Assembly: GCA_017441005.1 (NCBI GenBank)
Contig: JAFSAM010000044.1
Coordinates: forward strand, 31,049 to 95,048
Length of the DNA stretch: 64,000 nucleotides
DNA from: Clostridia bacterium
GTDB lineage: Bacteria > Bacillota > Clostridia > Oscillospirales > CAG-272
Direction: 5' to 3'
In this document: one piece after another, positions 34,984-44,481 of the stretch
Layout: each line of letters begins with the position of its first letter
How positions within the stretch are numbered: the first letter of the stretch is position 1
Translations under genes and position numbers: made by a program
The notes under the pieces: generated by a model
What the model was told of the DNA's origin: nothing
Seen by the model: the letters and a program-made list of their open reading frames with translations, nothing else
Database searches by the model: none

Positions 34984-35991
34984 TTGAAAAAATACGGAAT
35001 TATGGTGATAGGCTGCGGTCATATCGGCAGTCAGCACCTTGAGAACATTTATTACAGAGATAATATACAGATAGTTGCCGTTGTGGATCAAGACCTTGAC
35101 AGCGCAAAGCTTGCCGCAAGAAAATACGGTGCGCTCGAATACGGAACAGACTATCACAAGTTTCTCGACGACGACAGAGTCGATATAGTTATAGTTGCGA
35201 CTTATACGTCTACACACCTTCCGATACTGAAGGAGTGCGTAAAAAAGGGAAAGCACGTTTTGTGCGAGAAGCCTATAGCTGCTACGCTTGAGGACGGAGA
35301 AGAGTTCGTAAGGGTAGTGAAGAATGCCTCCGTAAAGGTATTGGTCGCTCATATATTGCGTCATAATAAGTCTTACATTAAGATCGGTGAAATGATTAAA
35401 AACGGCGCGATCGGTGAATTAAAAACGGTAAGAATGGTTCAAAACCATCACGCACTTGAGTCAAACAGATTTTCGAATCTTTTGAAGGATTGCACTCCCG
35501 TTCTCGACTGCGGCGTTCATTATATAGACGTTATGCAATGGTTTACGGGCTCGAAGATCTGCGAGGTGTCTGGTGTCGGCACAAAGATCGATCCTACGTC
35601 GCCGCACTACGATTTTACCATTATGACTTTCCGTATGGAAAACGGCTGTGTCGGCTACTACGAGGCAGGCTGGAACAAGAATATAGAATCGCAGAACATG
35701 AAGGAGTTTATAGGTACAAAGGGAAGGATATCCCTCGTTCTTCAGGAACTTCGTTCAAATGACCGTGAGGAGGGCGACCTGATCACTCTTTATGACGGCG
35801 AAAGCGGCGAATACAGAATAATCAACAACGATTCCACGTATAAGGATATGTACGGTCAGGTGTGCACGTTGATCGATATGATCGAAAACGATACGGAGGG
35901 TAACCCCACCATCGACAGCGTGTTCAGCGCATTCAAGACCGCCTGTCTGGCACAAAAGGCGATCGAAGAAAACAGAATCATCAAGATATAA
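34984..35991 (+). CDS. Gfo/Idh/MocA-family oxidoreductase
   Basis: 335 aa. TTG start lies 8 nt after AGAGG. KKYGIMVIGCGHIGSQHLENI (GxGxxG) and VLCEKPIA (EKP). Confidence 0.85.
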   Translation: MKKYGIMVIGCGHIGSQHLENIYYRDNIQIVAVVDQDLDSAKLAARKYGALEYGTDYHKFLDDDRVDIVIVATYTSTHLPILKECVKKGKHVLCEKPIAATLEDGEEFVRVVKNASVKVLVAHILRHNKSYIKIGEMIKNGAIGELKTVRMVQNHHALESNRFSNLLKDCTPVLDCGVHYIDVMQWFTGSKICEVSGVGTKIDPTSPHYDFTIMTFRMENGCVGYYEAGWNKNIESQNMKEFIGTKGRISLVLQELRSNDREEGDLITLYDGESGEYRIINNDSTYKDMYGQVCTLIDMIENDTEGNPTIDSVFSAFKTACLAQKAIEENRIIKI

Positions 35992-36000
35992 AAAACAAAA

Positions 36001-36034
36001 AACTTTGCTCTTGAAAAAAGAGTAAAGTTTTTTG
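36001..36034 (+). terminator. Rho-independent terminator
   Basis: AACTTTGCTCTT-GAAAA-AAGAGTAAAGTT (12 bp, one G-T pair) followed by TTTT. Confidence 0.75.
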
Positions 36035-36072
36035 GGATTATAGGCAAAAAACAAGGAAAAGGAAGTGATACA

Positions 36073-37758
36073 ATGAAAAAGCCGGAGCTTTTGGCACCCG
36101 CAGGCTCGTATGAGACTTTGGAGAGCGCGATACTTGCAGGAGCCGATGCCGTATACCTCGGCGGAAAGCTTTATAATGCCAGAATGAACGCAAAAAACTT
36201 TGATTCGGAGGCAATGAAAAGGGCGGTCGATTTGTGTCACAAAAACGGTGTCAGGCTATATGTGACACTCAATACGCTTATATATGACAGGTGCTTTAAG
36301 GATGCGTTGCTTTATGCCGAGGAGCTGTATAAGCAAGGTGTCGATGCACTTATAACTGCCGACGTCGGCTTTTCCAAGAAACTGCACGAGTATCTGCCCG
36401 ATTTTGAGCTACACGCAAGCACGCAGATGACGGGGCATAACGTTTCGGCTGCCGAGTATCTTGCAAGGATGGGCTTCAGCCGAATGGTTTGTGCGAGAGA
36501 GATGCAAAAAAAGGATATAGCATATCTTGTAGAAAAATCTCCCATTGAAATAGAGGCTTTTGTTCACGGAGCTATGTGCGTTTGTCAGTCGGGACAATGC
36601 CTGATGAGCAGCTTTATAGGCGGAAGAAGCGGTAACAGAGGCGAGTGCGCACAGCCCTGCAGATTGCCTTATAATAATTCGTATCCCATCTCGCTTAAGG
36701 ATATGTGCCTCGGAGGACATATAACCGAGCTTGCCGAAATGGGAGTCGCGTCTTTAAAGATCGAGGGAAGAATGAAATCCCCCGATTACGTCTATTCTGT
36801 TGTAAGCACGTACAGGAGATTGCTTGACGAAAACAGAAACGCAACGCAAAAGGAGATCGACCGACTTGCCTCGGTTTTCAGCAGAGGCGGCTTTTCCGAC
36901 GGATATTTTATCGGTAAGGTCGATAATTCGATGCTCGGAATAAGAAGCTCGGGCGACAAAGAGGCTACAAAAAATACAAGCATAAAGCAGACAAAGGTAG
37001 GAGCAGCCAAAGATGCGATTAAGCTTCAAGAAAGAAATGGCAGTCTTCCTTCCGTTATTGAAATCGACACAGACGGAGACAGATGCGAAAAAATCAACAG
37101 CGCAAGATTTTTTAATGTCGAGTCAATTCCGAAAAGCGATTATTTTGATATAATTTATCTTCCTTTGGAGAAGTTTGACGGCACCCGTGCAAACGGAATC
37201 GTTATGCCTCCGGTAATATTCGACAGCGAAAAAGAAAGGGTCGAAAGATTGCTTGAGTCCGTCAAGAAAAAGGGGGCTTTGCATTGCCTTGTCGGTAACG
37301 TCGGACACATAGAGCTTGCAAAAAAATACGGCTTTATCATCCACGGCGATTATAGGTTAAATATATATAACAACACGTCTTTTGCAAACTACAGTGATAT
37401 GAAGAGCATACTTGTGTCACCCGAGCTTACCTTGGCGCAGATTCGGGACATAAAGGGCAAGAAGAGTGTAGTCGTGTATGGAAAAGTACCTCTTATGACT
37501 CTTGAAAAACGAACGGGACAGCGCGTCTTGCGCGACAGAAAGCGAGTGGTTTTTCCGGTATTTAAGGAAAGCGGAAGAGAGATCGTTGTGAATTCCGTTC
37601 CCATTTATATGGCTGACAGGGAAGATGCTTTGCGAAAGAGCGGAATATTTGACCGTCACTTTATTTTTACTACCGAAACCAAAGAAGAGGTTTTAGCGGT
37701 AATAAAGGCGCATAAAGAGAAAAAAATCGGAAAAAATAACGTAAAAAGAATAAAATAG
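36073..37758 (+). CDS. Peptidase U32 family protein (collagenase-like or RNA-modification-associated U32)
   Basis: 561 aa. MKKPELLAPAGSYETLESAILAGADAVYLGG and the U32 signature region EAFVHGAMCVCQSGQCLMSS. Confidence 0.85.
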   Translation: MKKPELLAPAGSYETLESAILAGADAVYLGGKLYNARMNAKNFDSEAMKRAVDLCHKNGVRLYVTLNTLIYDRCFKDALLYAEELYKQGVDALITADVGFSKKLHEYLPDFELHASTQMTGHNVSAAEYLARMGFSRMVCAREMQKKDIAYLVEKSPIEIEAFVHGAMCVCQSGQCLMSSFIGGRSGNRGECAQPCRLPYNNSYPISLKDMCLGGHITELAEMGVASLKIEGRMKSPDYVYSVVSTYRRLLDENRNATQKEIDRLASVFSRGGFSDGYFIGKVDNSMLGIRSSGDKEATKNTSIKQTKVGAAKDAIKLQERNGSLPSVIEIDTDGDRCEKINSARFFNVESIPKSDYFDIIYLPLEKFDGTRANGIVMPPVIFDSEKERVERLLESVKKKGALHCLVGNVGHIELAKKYGFIIHGDYRLNIYNNTSFANYSDMKSILVSPELTLAQIRDIKGKKSVVVYGKVPLMTLEKRTGQRVLRDRKRVVFPVFKESGREIVVNSVPIYMADREDALRKSGIFDRHFIFTTETKEEVLAVIKAHKEKKIGKNNVKRIK

Positions 37759-37790
37759 TATATATAACTCAAGAAAAGAGGGTAAACGAT

Positions 37791-39014
37791 ATGACAAAGA
37801 AGGTTTTAAGAAATTACGCAAGACTTATAACCAAGGTTGGTGTAAACGTGCAAAAGGGACAAGAGGTTGTCATCAATGCAGAGACGGACCAGCCCGAGTT
37901 TGTAGCACTTGTTGCAGAGGAATGCTACAAGGCGGGGGCAAAAAGGGTAGTTGTTGATTGGTCTTATCAGCCTTTGACAAAGTTGGGAGTAAGATATCGC
38001 ACACTGAAAGACCTCAGCAGAGTTGAGGAATATCAGGAAGCTCGTTTGAAATACAGATTAGAGACTCTGCCCGCAATGATACATCTTCACTCGGCAGATC
38101 CCGACGGACTGAAGGGCATAAATCAAGAGAAATACAGCAAGGCAACGCAGGCGATAAGAAATGTTACGAAGCCTTACCGCGATCAGATGGACAATAAGTA
38201 TCAGTGGTGCATAGCGGCTGTCCCCTCTGTTGCTTGGGCAAAGAAAGTATTTCCCGGCGAAAGAAAGAGTGTTGCCGTCGAAAAGCTTTGGGAGGCGATC
38301 CTTTATTCGTCAAGGTGTGACGAGGATCCCATCGCAGCCTGGGACAGACATAACAAGAACCTTCACGCAAAATGCAAGTATCTTAATGATTTAGGGATAA
38401 AGACCTTGATCTATAAGTCATCGAACGGAACCGATTTCCGTGTCGGAATGATCGAGGATGCAGAGTTCCTCGGCGGTGCTCACGAGACTGTACAGGGCGT
38501 TGAATTCAATGCAAACATCCCGAGCGAAGAGGTGTTCATTTCTCCCAAGAGAGGTATGGCAGAGGGCATAGTTTATTCTTCAAAGCCCTTGTCGTATCAG
38601 GGTGAAGTGATCGACAATTTCTCTGTAAGATTCGAGGGCGGCAAGGCTGTCGAGGTAAAGGCGGAGCAGAACGAGGAGCTTCTCAAAAAGCTGATCGGTA
38701 TGGACGAGGGTGCCGCATATCTCGGAGAGTGCGCTTTGGTTCCTTACGATTCTCCCATCCGTAACTCCGGCGTACTTTTCTATACAACACTTTTTGATGA
38801 AAATGCTGCTTGTCATCTTGCATTGGGCAGAGGATTTACCAATACCATAAAAAATTTCGACAACTACACATTAGAAGAATTACATTCCAAGGGAATCAAC
38901 GATTCTATGATCCACGTCGACTTTATGATCGGAACAAAAGACCTTGACATTACCGCCGAGACGATGGACGGAAAGACCGTACAAATATTCAAGGACGGAA
39001 ACTGGGCGTTTTAA
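37791..39014 (+). CDS. Aminopeptidase, M29 (AmpS/PepS) family
   Basis: 407 aa. NYARLITKVGVNVQKGQEVVINAETDQPEFVALVAEECYKAGAKRVVVDW and the C-terminal IHVDFMIG motif are typical of M29 thermophilic metalloaminopeptidases. Confidence 0.85.
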   Translation: MTKKVLRNYARLITKVGVNVQKGQEVVINAETDQPEFVALVAEECYKAGAKRVVVDWSYQPLTKLGVRYRTLKDLSRVEEYQEARLKYRLETLPAMIHLHSADPDGLKGINQEKYSKATQAIRNVTKPYRDQMDNKYQWCIAAVPSVAWAKKVFPGERKSVAVEKLWEAILYSSRCDEDPIAAWDRHNKNLHAKCKYLNDLGIKTLIYKSSNGTDFRVGMIEDAEFLGGAHETVQGVEFNANIPSEEVFISPKRGMAEGIVYSSKPLSYQGEVIDNFSVRFEGGKAVEVKAEQNEELLKKLIGMDEGAAYLGECALVPYDSPIRNSGVLFYTTLFDENAACHLALGRGFTNTIKNFDNYTLEELHSKGINDSMIHVDFMIGTKDLDITAETMDGKTVQIFKDGNWAF

Positions 39015-39024
39015 TTAAATATAC

Positions 39025-39061
39025 GAAAAAATCCGCTTGTTTTAAACAAGCGGATTTTTTG
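39025..39061. terminator. Bidirectional terminator between convergent genes
   Basis: AAAAAATCCGCTTGTTT/AAACAAGCGGATTTTTT, a perfect palindromic hairpin with A and T runs on either side. Confidence 0.85.
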
Positions 39062-39067
39062 TCGTTA

Positions 39068-42000
39068 TTATTCTGTTCTGAGTGCGACAACGGGATCTTT
39101 CTTAGACGCGCTTCTTGAAGGTATGATACCTGCAATCAAGGTCAGAAGAACGCTTATAGCTATTAGTATCAGTGCCGCATTGAAGGGAAGAACTGCTCTT
39201 AGGTTTGTAAGACCTGTGAAGTGAAGAAGAATTGCGTTTATGGGAATACAGAGCAAATACGTTACCACAACACCGAGCAGACCGGAAGCAAATCCGACGA
39301 TGATAGTTTCGGCGTTAAACATACTTGATACGTCACGCTTGGATGCACCGATCGCACGGAGAATACCGATTTCCTTTGTTCTTTCCTGTACTGAAATGAG
39401 TGTGATAACACCGATCATGATCGAGGAAACCACAAGGGAGATCGCAACGAATGCGATGAGAACGTATGTGATCGCATTGATTATAGTCGTGATAGACGAC
39501 ATCATGATACCGAGAAGGTCGGTATATTTGATCTGACGAAGCTCATCTACCGAGTTGTTATAATCTTTGATGGCGGCTACAATTACGTCTTTATTCTCGA
39601 ATGATGAGGCATAGATATTGATTTTTGCCGGAGAATCGAGATCGAGATAACCCATAGCGACAAGGTTTTCGTCATAGGTGGAGTCGGAGAACTCCATAAG
39701 CACGTCATAGAGGTTTGCAATCTGCGAATTGGTGAGTGAAGCAAGTACAGCATCGAGTGTTGCTGCCGCTTGTTCAGGGGGGAGCATAGATAGCTCTGCC
39801 ATCTTTTCCGCAGCATATTCGCTTGCTACCTGCTCGGTGAGTATAGCGGAAAGCGCGGCTGTCAATTCAGCGTCGGACATTTTTCCAAGGTATGCAGCTA
39901 CTTCTTCCTCGGAAACGTTCATTTTAGAAGCAAAAATGGGAGCAAGAGTTGCCTCAATAGCTTCGCGGTTGGGGAAGAGGCTCATTTTTTCTGCAAGTCT
40001 TCTGCTTATCTCTTCTTCCGAAGGAATGCAATTCATCGCAATGAATACCTCGGCCTTGCCGTTTGTGTCGAGAGAAGAAACGTAGTTGATGAAGTTTGTA
40101 GCCTTTATGTGTGTCAGGAACACCTCGTCATAATAACGTGCAAGATGTTCGTTTGTATAAGAGGGGAAAGCTTTGTCAAACTCTTCTGCAAGTTGAGCTG
40201 GGGTTTTTGATGCAAGTGCCTTCATCTGTTCTGCGGCGTATTCGCCCTTGATATTTGCAGTTTGAATAGCATTAAACGTATTTGTGATCTCGTTGCTGTT
40301 CATACTTGCGAGGTATTTAAGAGCATCTTCTTTTGTGGTATTCATTCGAAGTGCTATTACATCAGCCATAGCGTTTTCCATATCGGTCCTTGTCAGACCT
40401 TTGCTCTTTTCAGCAAGCTTTTCCGCAATGTATTCCTCAGAGGGGAGACAAGCGATCTCGGTAAAGAGTTCTGCTTTTTTTGCTTCTCCGATGGTTGCTA
40501 CGTAATCTTTAACAAAGTTAACCTTTCTTTCAGATGTGAGTGAGCCTTTTGTCGGATCGAAGGGAAGACCCGTTATAACGTCAATATCCGGGGAATCAAG
40601 CTGTGCCTTGATTACGGGAGCATCAGCGGCTTTTTCTATAAGATACTCTGTCAGGCCGTAGGTGTATCCGATACCGCCCGAGAGCATTGTGTTGTTGGAG
40701 TCTTCCTTGGGACGTATAATGCCGGTAACCTTGAGGGATAGTCCGTTGTCATAGAGATAACGGAGCTCGTCTGCCGAGTTTCTGCGGTCAACGTAAAGTC
40801 CGGTTTCTGCATCATAGCGGTAACAGTCAGCATTAAGAACTGTTTTGAATTCCATATTGCGGATATCATCAAAAGTCCACTTATACACCTTGTTGTTGAG
40901 CTGTGCGCCGTTGAGTGATGCCTGAGCCAGATTGTCAATATCTTCTGCAGACAAAAGTCCTAAGGTGTAGAGAACAACGTCTCCGAGCTCGTTGTTTTTA
41001 TCTACGATAAGCACGATCTCGTCATATTCGTTGGGCCACTCGCCCTCGATCTCATACTGATCTTTGATAAGATCATTTACGGGCGAGCCGTCTTTTCCGG
41101 GGAGTATCTCCTGCCAAATACCTTTACCGCCGATCTTCATTTCCGAGGATGAGCCGAGCGGAGACATAGAAGTCATAGCCGACATTGAGGACATATCAAC
41201 GTTCAGATACTTGACCATAAGGTTTGTGATCACTTCTTCGAGGTCAGAACGGATGATATCCCCGTCTACGTTTTTCGTATAGACCTGAAGATCGAGGTTA
41301 TAAGCGTACTGAACGCCGTTTATCGCATTTCCGAGCTTGGAATCGGGATCGGCAGTTTCCCGGTCAAGGTATATTTTAAACGATTTGAGGTCGTTTTTGG
41401 TTTCCTCAATGCTTTGCATAGCCTTGATCATATTTTCAAGTGCGGCTTTTTTGTAGACACCGTCCTTTTCGTGCGTTTCACCTTCTTGATCAACGTTCAA
41501 AAAGGCTTGGATAAGGTTTGACATTTCTACTGTGGTTGCTTCAAGGGTGAGCGGGTACGAAGCGAGTGCTTCTTCCTGAACGGAATTGATGTAGTTTGTA
41601 GTGCCCTGAGAAACCGAGAGTATCAAAGCTATACCGATAATACCTATTGAGCCGGCAAAAGAGGTGAGGATAGTTCTGCCTTTCTTTGTGAAAAGATTTT
41701 TAAGAGAAAGCATAAAAGAGGTTGCGAACGACATAGAGGGCTTTTTCGTTTTCTTGTTTTCAGAGTTAGCCTTTTCTGCTTTCTGCTTTTCTGTTTTATA
41801 TTCCTCCTCGGTAAGGGGCATAGAGTCGTGTGTGATCTCGCCGTCAAGCATGTTTATGATACGCGAGGAATAGCGGTCTGCCAGCTCGGGATTGTGTGTA
41901 ACCATAACTACAAGACGGTCTTTGGAGACTTCCTTCAGTATTTCCATGACCTGAACGCTTGTTTCGGTATCCAATGCACCTGTAGGCTCGTCGGCAAGGA

Positions 42001-42487
42001 TAATATCGGGGTTGTTTACGAGAGCACGGGCGATTGCAACTCTCTGCATCTGTCCGCCGGACATTTCACTTGGTTTTTTATTCAACTGGTCTCCGAGACC
42101 GACGTCAATAAGAGCCTGCTTAGCTCTTGCTTTTCTTTCTGATTTGCGGACTCCGGAGAGAGTAAGCGCTATTTCAACGTTTTGAAGAACGGATTGGTGA
42201 GGAATAAGATTATAGCTCTGGAAAACAAAGCCTACCGAGTGGTTTCTGTAGGTATCCCAATCTCTGTCCTTGAAGGATTTGGTGGAACGTCTGTTTATAA
42301 AAAGGTCTCCGTCCGTATATTGGTCAAGGCCTCCGATAATGTTAAGTAAAGTGGTTTTTCCGCAGCCCGACGGGCCAAGGATCGAAACGAATTCCGAAGA
42401 GCGAAATGTGATGTCGACGCCCTTAAGAGCATGGACCACACCGTTTCCGGCAGGATAATCCTTTTTGATTTTTCTGAGTTCGAGCAT
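39068..42487 (-). CDS. Fused ABC transporter: ATP-binding domain plus MacB/FtsX-type permease with a very large extracytoplasmic domain
   Basis: Track ORF is 39068..42520. ATG 42487 ([14 protein letters not shown]) follows AAAGGAAAAAG. Walker [10 protein letters not shown], signature SGGQMQR, Walker B ILADEPT. TM1 is [20 protein letters not shown], followed by about 690 aa non-hydrophobic, then a C-terminal FtsX-like 3-TM bundle ([19 protein letters not shown]...). Confidence 0.88.
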   Translation of the reverse strand: MLELRKIKKDYPAGNGVVHALKGVDITFRSSEFVSILGPSGCGKTTLLNIIGGLDQYTDGDLFINRRSTKSFKDRDWDTYRNHSVGFVFQSYNLIPHQSVLQNVEIALTLSGVRKSERKARAKQALIDVGLGDQLNKKPSEMSGGQMQRVAIARALVNNPDIILADEPTGALDTETSVQVMEILKEVSKDRLVVMVTHNPELADRYSSRIINMLDGEITHDSMPLTEEEYKTEKQKAEKANSENKKTKKPSMSFATSFMLSLKNLFTKKGRTILTSFAGSIGIIGIALILSVSQGTTNYINSVQEEALASYPLTLEATTVEMSNLIQAFLNVDQEGETHEKDGVYKKAALENMIKAMQSIEETKNDLKSFKIYLDRETADPDSKLGNAINGVQYAYNLDLQVYTKNVDGDIIRSDLEEVITNLMVKYLNVDMSSMSAMTSMSPLGSSSEMKIGGKGIWQEILPGKDGSPVNDLIKDQYEIEGEWPNEYDEIVLIVDKNNELGDVVLYTLGLLSAEDIDNLAQASLNGAQLNNKVYKWTFDDIRNMEFKTVLNADCYRYDAETGLYVDRRNSADELRYLYDNGLSLKVTGIIRPKEDSNNTMLSGGIGYTYGLTEYLIEKAADAPVIKAQLDSPDIDVITGLPFDPTKGSLTSERKVNFVKDYVATIGEAKKAELFTEIACLPSEEYIAEKLAEKSKGLTRTDMENAMADVIALRMNTTKEDALKYLASMNSNEITNTFNAIQTANIKGEYAAEQMKALASKTPAQLAEEFDKAFPSYTNEHLARYYDEVFLTHIKATNFINYVSSLDTNGKAEVFIAMNCIPSEEEISRRLAEKMSLFPNREAIEATLAPIFASKMNVSEEEVAAYLGKMSDAELTAALSAILTEQVASEYAAEKMAELSMLPPEQAAATLDAVLASLTNSQIANLYDVLMEFSDSTYDENLVAMGYLDLDSPAKINIYASSFENKDVIVAAIKDYNNSVDELRQIKYTDLLGIMMSSITTIINAITYVLIAFVAISLVVSSIMIGVITLISVQERTKEIGILRAIGASKRDVSSMFNAETIIVGFASGLLGVVVTYLLCIPINAILLHFTGLTNLRAVLPFNAALILIAISVLLTLIAGIIPSRSASKKDPVVALRTE

Positions 42488-42632
42488 ATCTTTTTCCTTT
42501 CTTAGAAACAATATCCGCATTATAATAATTAATTATACACTCTATTGTAAACACTGTATAGAATTTTTTTTTATTTTTTTTGAAAATAGTGTAACAAAAA
42601 TCGGAAAAAATAAAAAATAAAGCAAAAAACTC

Positions 42633-42661
42633 TTGTAATAATAAAAAAAATGTAGTATAAT
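42633..42661 (+). promoter_or_regulatory. Promoter of the 42703-44009 operon
   Basis: TTGTAA (42633..42638), 17 nt, TATAAT (42656..42661), in a very AT-rich divergent intergenic region. Confidence 0.55.
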
Positions 42662-42702
42662 ATTTATTCAACAAGATAACTGTTTGGAAGGAGTGAAGGT
42701 TA

Positions 42703-43305
42703 TTGGAGAAAAAGAAAATTAAAGACGGATTTAAAGACGATAACGGTAAATGGCACTTTTTTACTGTACCCAATATACTTACGATTTTCAGAATTTTGCT
42801 CATTCCTTTGTTTGTGTATCTGTTTATAAAAGATTATGACATTGAGGCTTTTGCGATTCTCGTGCTTTCGGGTGTTACAGACGTTGTAGACGGATTTATT
42901 GCGAGACATTACAACATGGTAAGCGCAGTCGGAAAGGCGCTTGATCCGATTGCGGATAAGCTTACTCAGGTAGCTATGCTTTCATGCCTTATGACGAAAT
43001 TTGTTTCGATGTGGGTACCTTTTCTTCTTATGATATTCAAAGAGTTTTTTTCGGGTATATCCGCTTTGGTTGCAATCAAATATACAGGTGAGGTTCACGG
43101 GGCAGACTGGCACGGTAAACTTACCACGTTTTCGTTGTATACTATGATGGCTTTGCATATAATATGGCCTACTATTCCGTCGGTGCTTTCAAACGTACTT
43201 GTAGGATGCTGTGTGGGTCTTATGATCATTTCGCTCTTCTTGTATAACGTTAAGAATATAACTATGGCTAAGGATGGAAAGAAAAAAGAGGAGAATTCCA
43301 AATGA
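42703..43305 (+). CDS. CDP-alcohol phosphatidyltransferase family protein (PgsA-like)
   Basis: 200 aa. TTG start after GGAGTGAAGG. Family motif DGFIARHYNMVSAVGKALDPIADKL (D-G-x2-A-R-x8-G-x3-D-x3-D). Multiple TM helices. Confidence 0.82.
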   Translation: MEKKKIKDGFKDDNGKWHFFTVPNILTIFRILLIPLFVYLFIKDYDIEAFAILVLSGVTDVVDGFIARHYNMVSAVGKALDPIADKLTQVAMLSCLMTKFVSMWVPFLLMIFKEFFSGISALVAIKYTGEVHGADWHGKLTTFSLYTMMALHIIWPTIPSVLSNVLVGCCVGLMIISLFLYNVKNITMAKDGKKKEENSK

Positions 43306-44009
43306 ATAAAGTTGTGAAATGGCTTGACAACTTTTGGTATCATTACAAGTGGCACGTTATAGTAGCTTCGTTTTTTGTCATTGTTTTCGGTGTTGCGACA
43401 GCACAGATGGTAAGTAAAGAAAGTGTTGATTCTTACGTAATGTATGCGGGACCTTCAGCTTTTACTCCAAATGAAATATCGGAGATACGAGACGTATTCG
43501 AAATTGTTACCCCCGATTCAAATAAGGACGGAGATTCGTACGTTGAATTTATTGATATTACTTATTTGACCGATGCCAAGCTTAAGGAAAACAAGAAGCT
43601 TGCCGAAGAACAAGGAACCGAGTATAAGCCGAATATGGAATTTGTATACAATTCAAGGGAAAAGTACAGAGTCCAGTTGGCGGCGGGCGATGCATATCTT
43701 GTGTTGGTAGATCCGGAAACGTATATGATGGATTACGGGACCGGAATGTTTGAGAAGCTTGAGGATATTGGTATTTCGACCGATAAGGCGTATGACGAGT
43801 ATTCGATCAGATTCAAGGATACCGATTTCGGAAGCTATTTCCCGATTTTCAATAGGATTCCCGACGATACGTTGATCTGCTTCAGAGCTATGAACGTGAC
43901 CGCCAAGGCACGCGGCAAGAAGGAACGTAAAAAATATGATAACCAGCTTGAGCTTTTTAAAGCAATTCTTGCTTATGAAGCGGAAGTAACGGTTGATAAT
44001 GAAGAATAA
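43302..44009 (+). CDS. Membrane-anchored hypothetical protein
   Basis: 235 aa. ATGA start/stop overlap with the upstream gene. One N-terminal TM (WHVIVASFFVIVFGVATAQMV), then a soluble domain. No motif recognised. Confidence 0.7.
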   Translation: MNKVVKWLDNFWYHYKWHVIVASFFVIVFGVATAQMVSKESVDSYVMYAGPSAFTPNEISEIRDVFEIVTPDSNKDGDSYVEFIDITYLTDAKLKENKKLAEEQGTEYKPNMEFVYNSREKYRVQLAAGDAYLVLVDPETYMMDYGTGMFEKLEDIGISTDKAYDEYSIRFKDTDFGSYFPIFNRIPDDTLICFRAMNVTAKARGKKERKKYDNQLELFKAILAYEAEVTVDNEE

Positions 44010-44015
44010 AAATAC

Positions 44016-44095
44016 GGTGTATTCGAGCTTTGTCGAGTACACCTTTTTTCATGCAACAAGGCACATAGTCATACTATGTGCCTTGTTGATTTCTT
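44016..44095. terminator. Two tandem hairpins forming a terminator region between convergent genes
   Basis: Hairpin 1 (44016..44043): GGTGTATTCGA-GCTTTG-TCGAGTACACC, T-rich on both sides. Hairpin 2 (44054..44088): perfect 16-bp stem CAACAAGGCACATAGT/ACTATGTGCCTTGTTG with a 3-nt loop, then ATTTCTTTTT. Confidence 0.8.
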
Positions 44096-44159
44096 TTTGT
44101 GACGGAGGTAAGTCTCCATGGCGTAGATAAAATTTTTCAGAGTGATCGTATTTTGCTTA

Positions 44160-44336
44160 TCAGCCCTCGGATTTGGGAACAAAAGAGTTGCAGTTTGTAC
44201 ATCTTACGTCGGTAGGATGGCTTTCCTGTGTGCCGATATTGATTTTGTCAAGTGCACAGTAATTTTCGGTCTGACTGTGATTTGCACAGCTTACGACCGT
44301 ACATTCGATGCAGTGGTTTTTACATTTTGTGTTCAT
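44160..44336 (-). CDS. Small Cys-rich protein, DUF1540-like
   Basis: Only the last 58 codons of track ORF 44160..44744. ATG 44336 follows AGGAGGA by 7 nt. Sequence: MNTKCKNHCIECTVVSCANHSQTENYCALDKINIGTQESHPTDVRCTNCNSFVPKSEG. The duplicated C-x-V/T-x2-C ... C-x-x-F pattern matches my recollection of the DUF1540 family of Firmicutes. Confidence 0.7.
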   Translation of the reverse strand: MNTKCKNHCIECTVVSCANHSQTENYCALDKINIGTQESHPTDVRCTNCNSFVPKSEG

Positions 44337-44430
44337 AATAATATCCTCCTTGTTTCGTACGATATTATTTTGATACGGTAGGTCAAAAAATATTCGCAAA
44401 AAGAATATAATATCAGCAGAAAAATTTGCA

Positions 44431-44480
44431 AAAAAAAATAATGCCCACAGGACAAGTAGACGTGTGGGCATTGTTTTTTT
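44431..44480 (-). terminator. Terminator of the FGGY kinase gene
   Basis: AATGCCCACA / TGTGGGCATT, 10-bp stem with a 13-nt loop. In the minus sense it is followed by ATTATTTTTTTT. Confidence 0.75.
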
Positions 44481-44481
44481 A

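Noticed and set aside
34391-35364. Minus-strand ORFs of 159 and 205 aa across the 34115/34984 gene pair
   Set aside because: They are antisense to the Gfo/Idh/MocA-type genes and have no SD or motifs.
42521-42702. Extremely AT-rich divergent intergenic region with T and A homopolymers, and ORFs 42423..42803 and 42700..42909
   Set aside because: It reads as a promoter and UP-element region for the divergent ABC and CDP-alcohol transferase genes; a good TTGTAA-17-TATAAT promoter is present. The ORFs are low-complexity Lys/Phe/Ile artefacts of the AT content.
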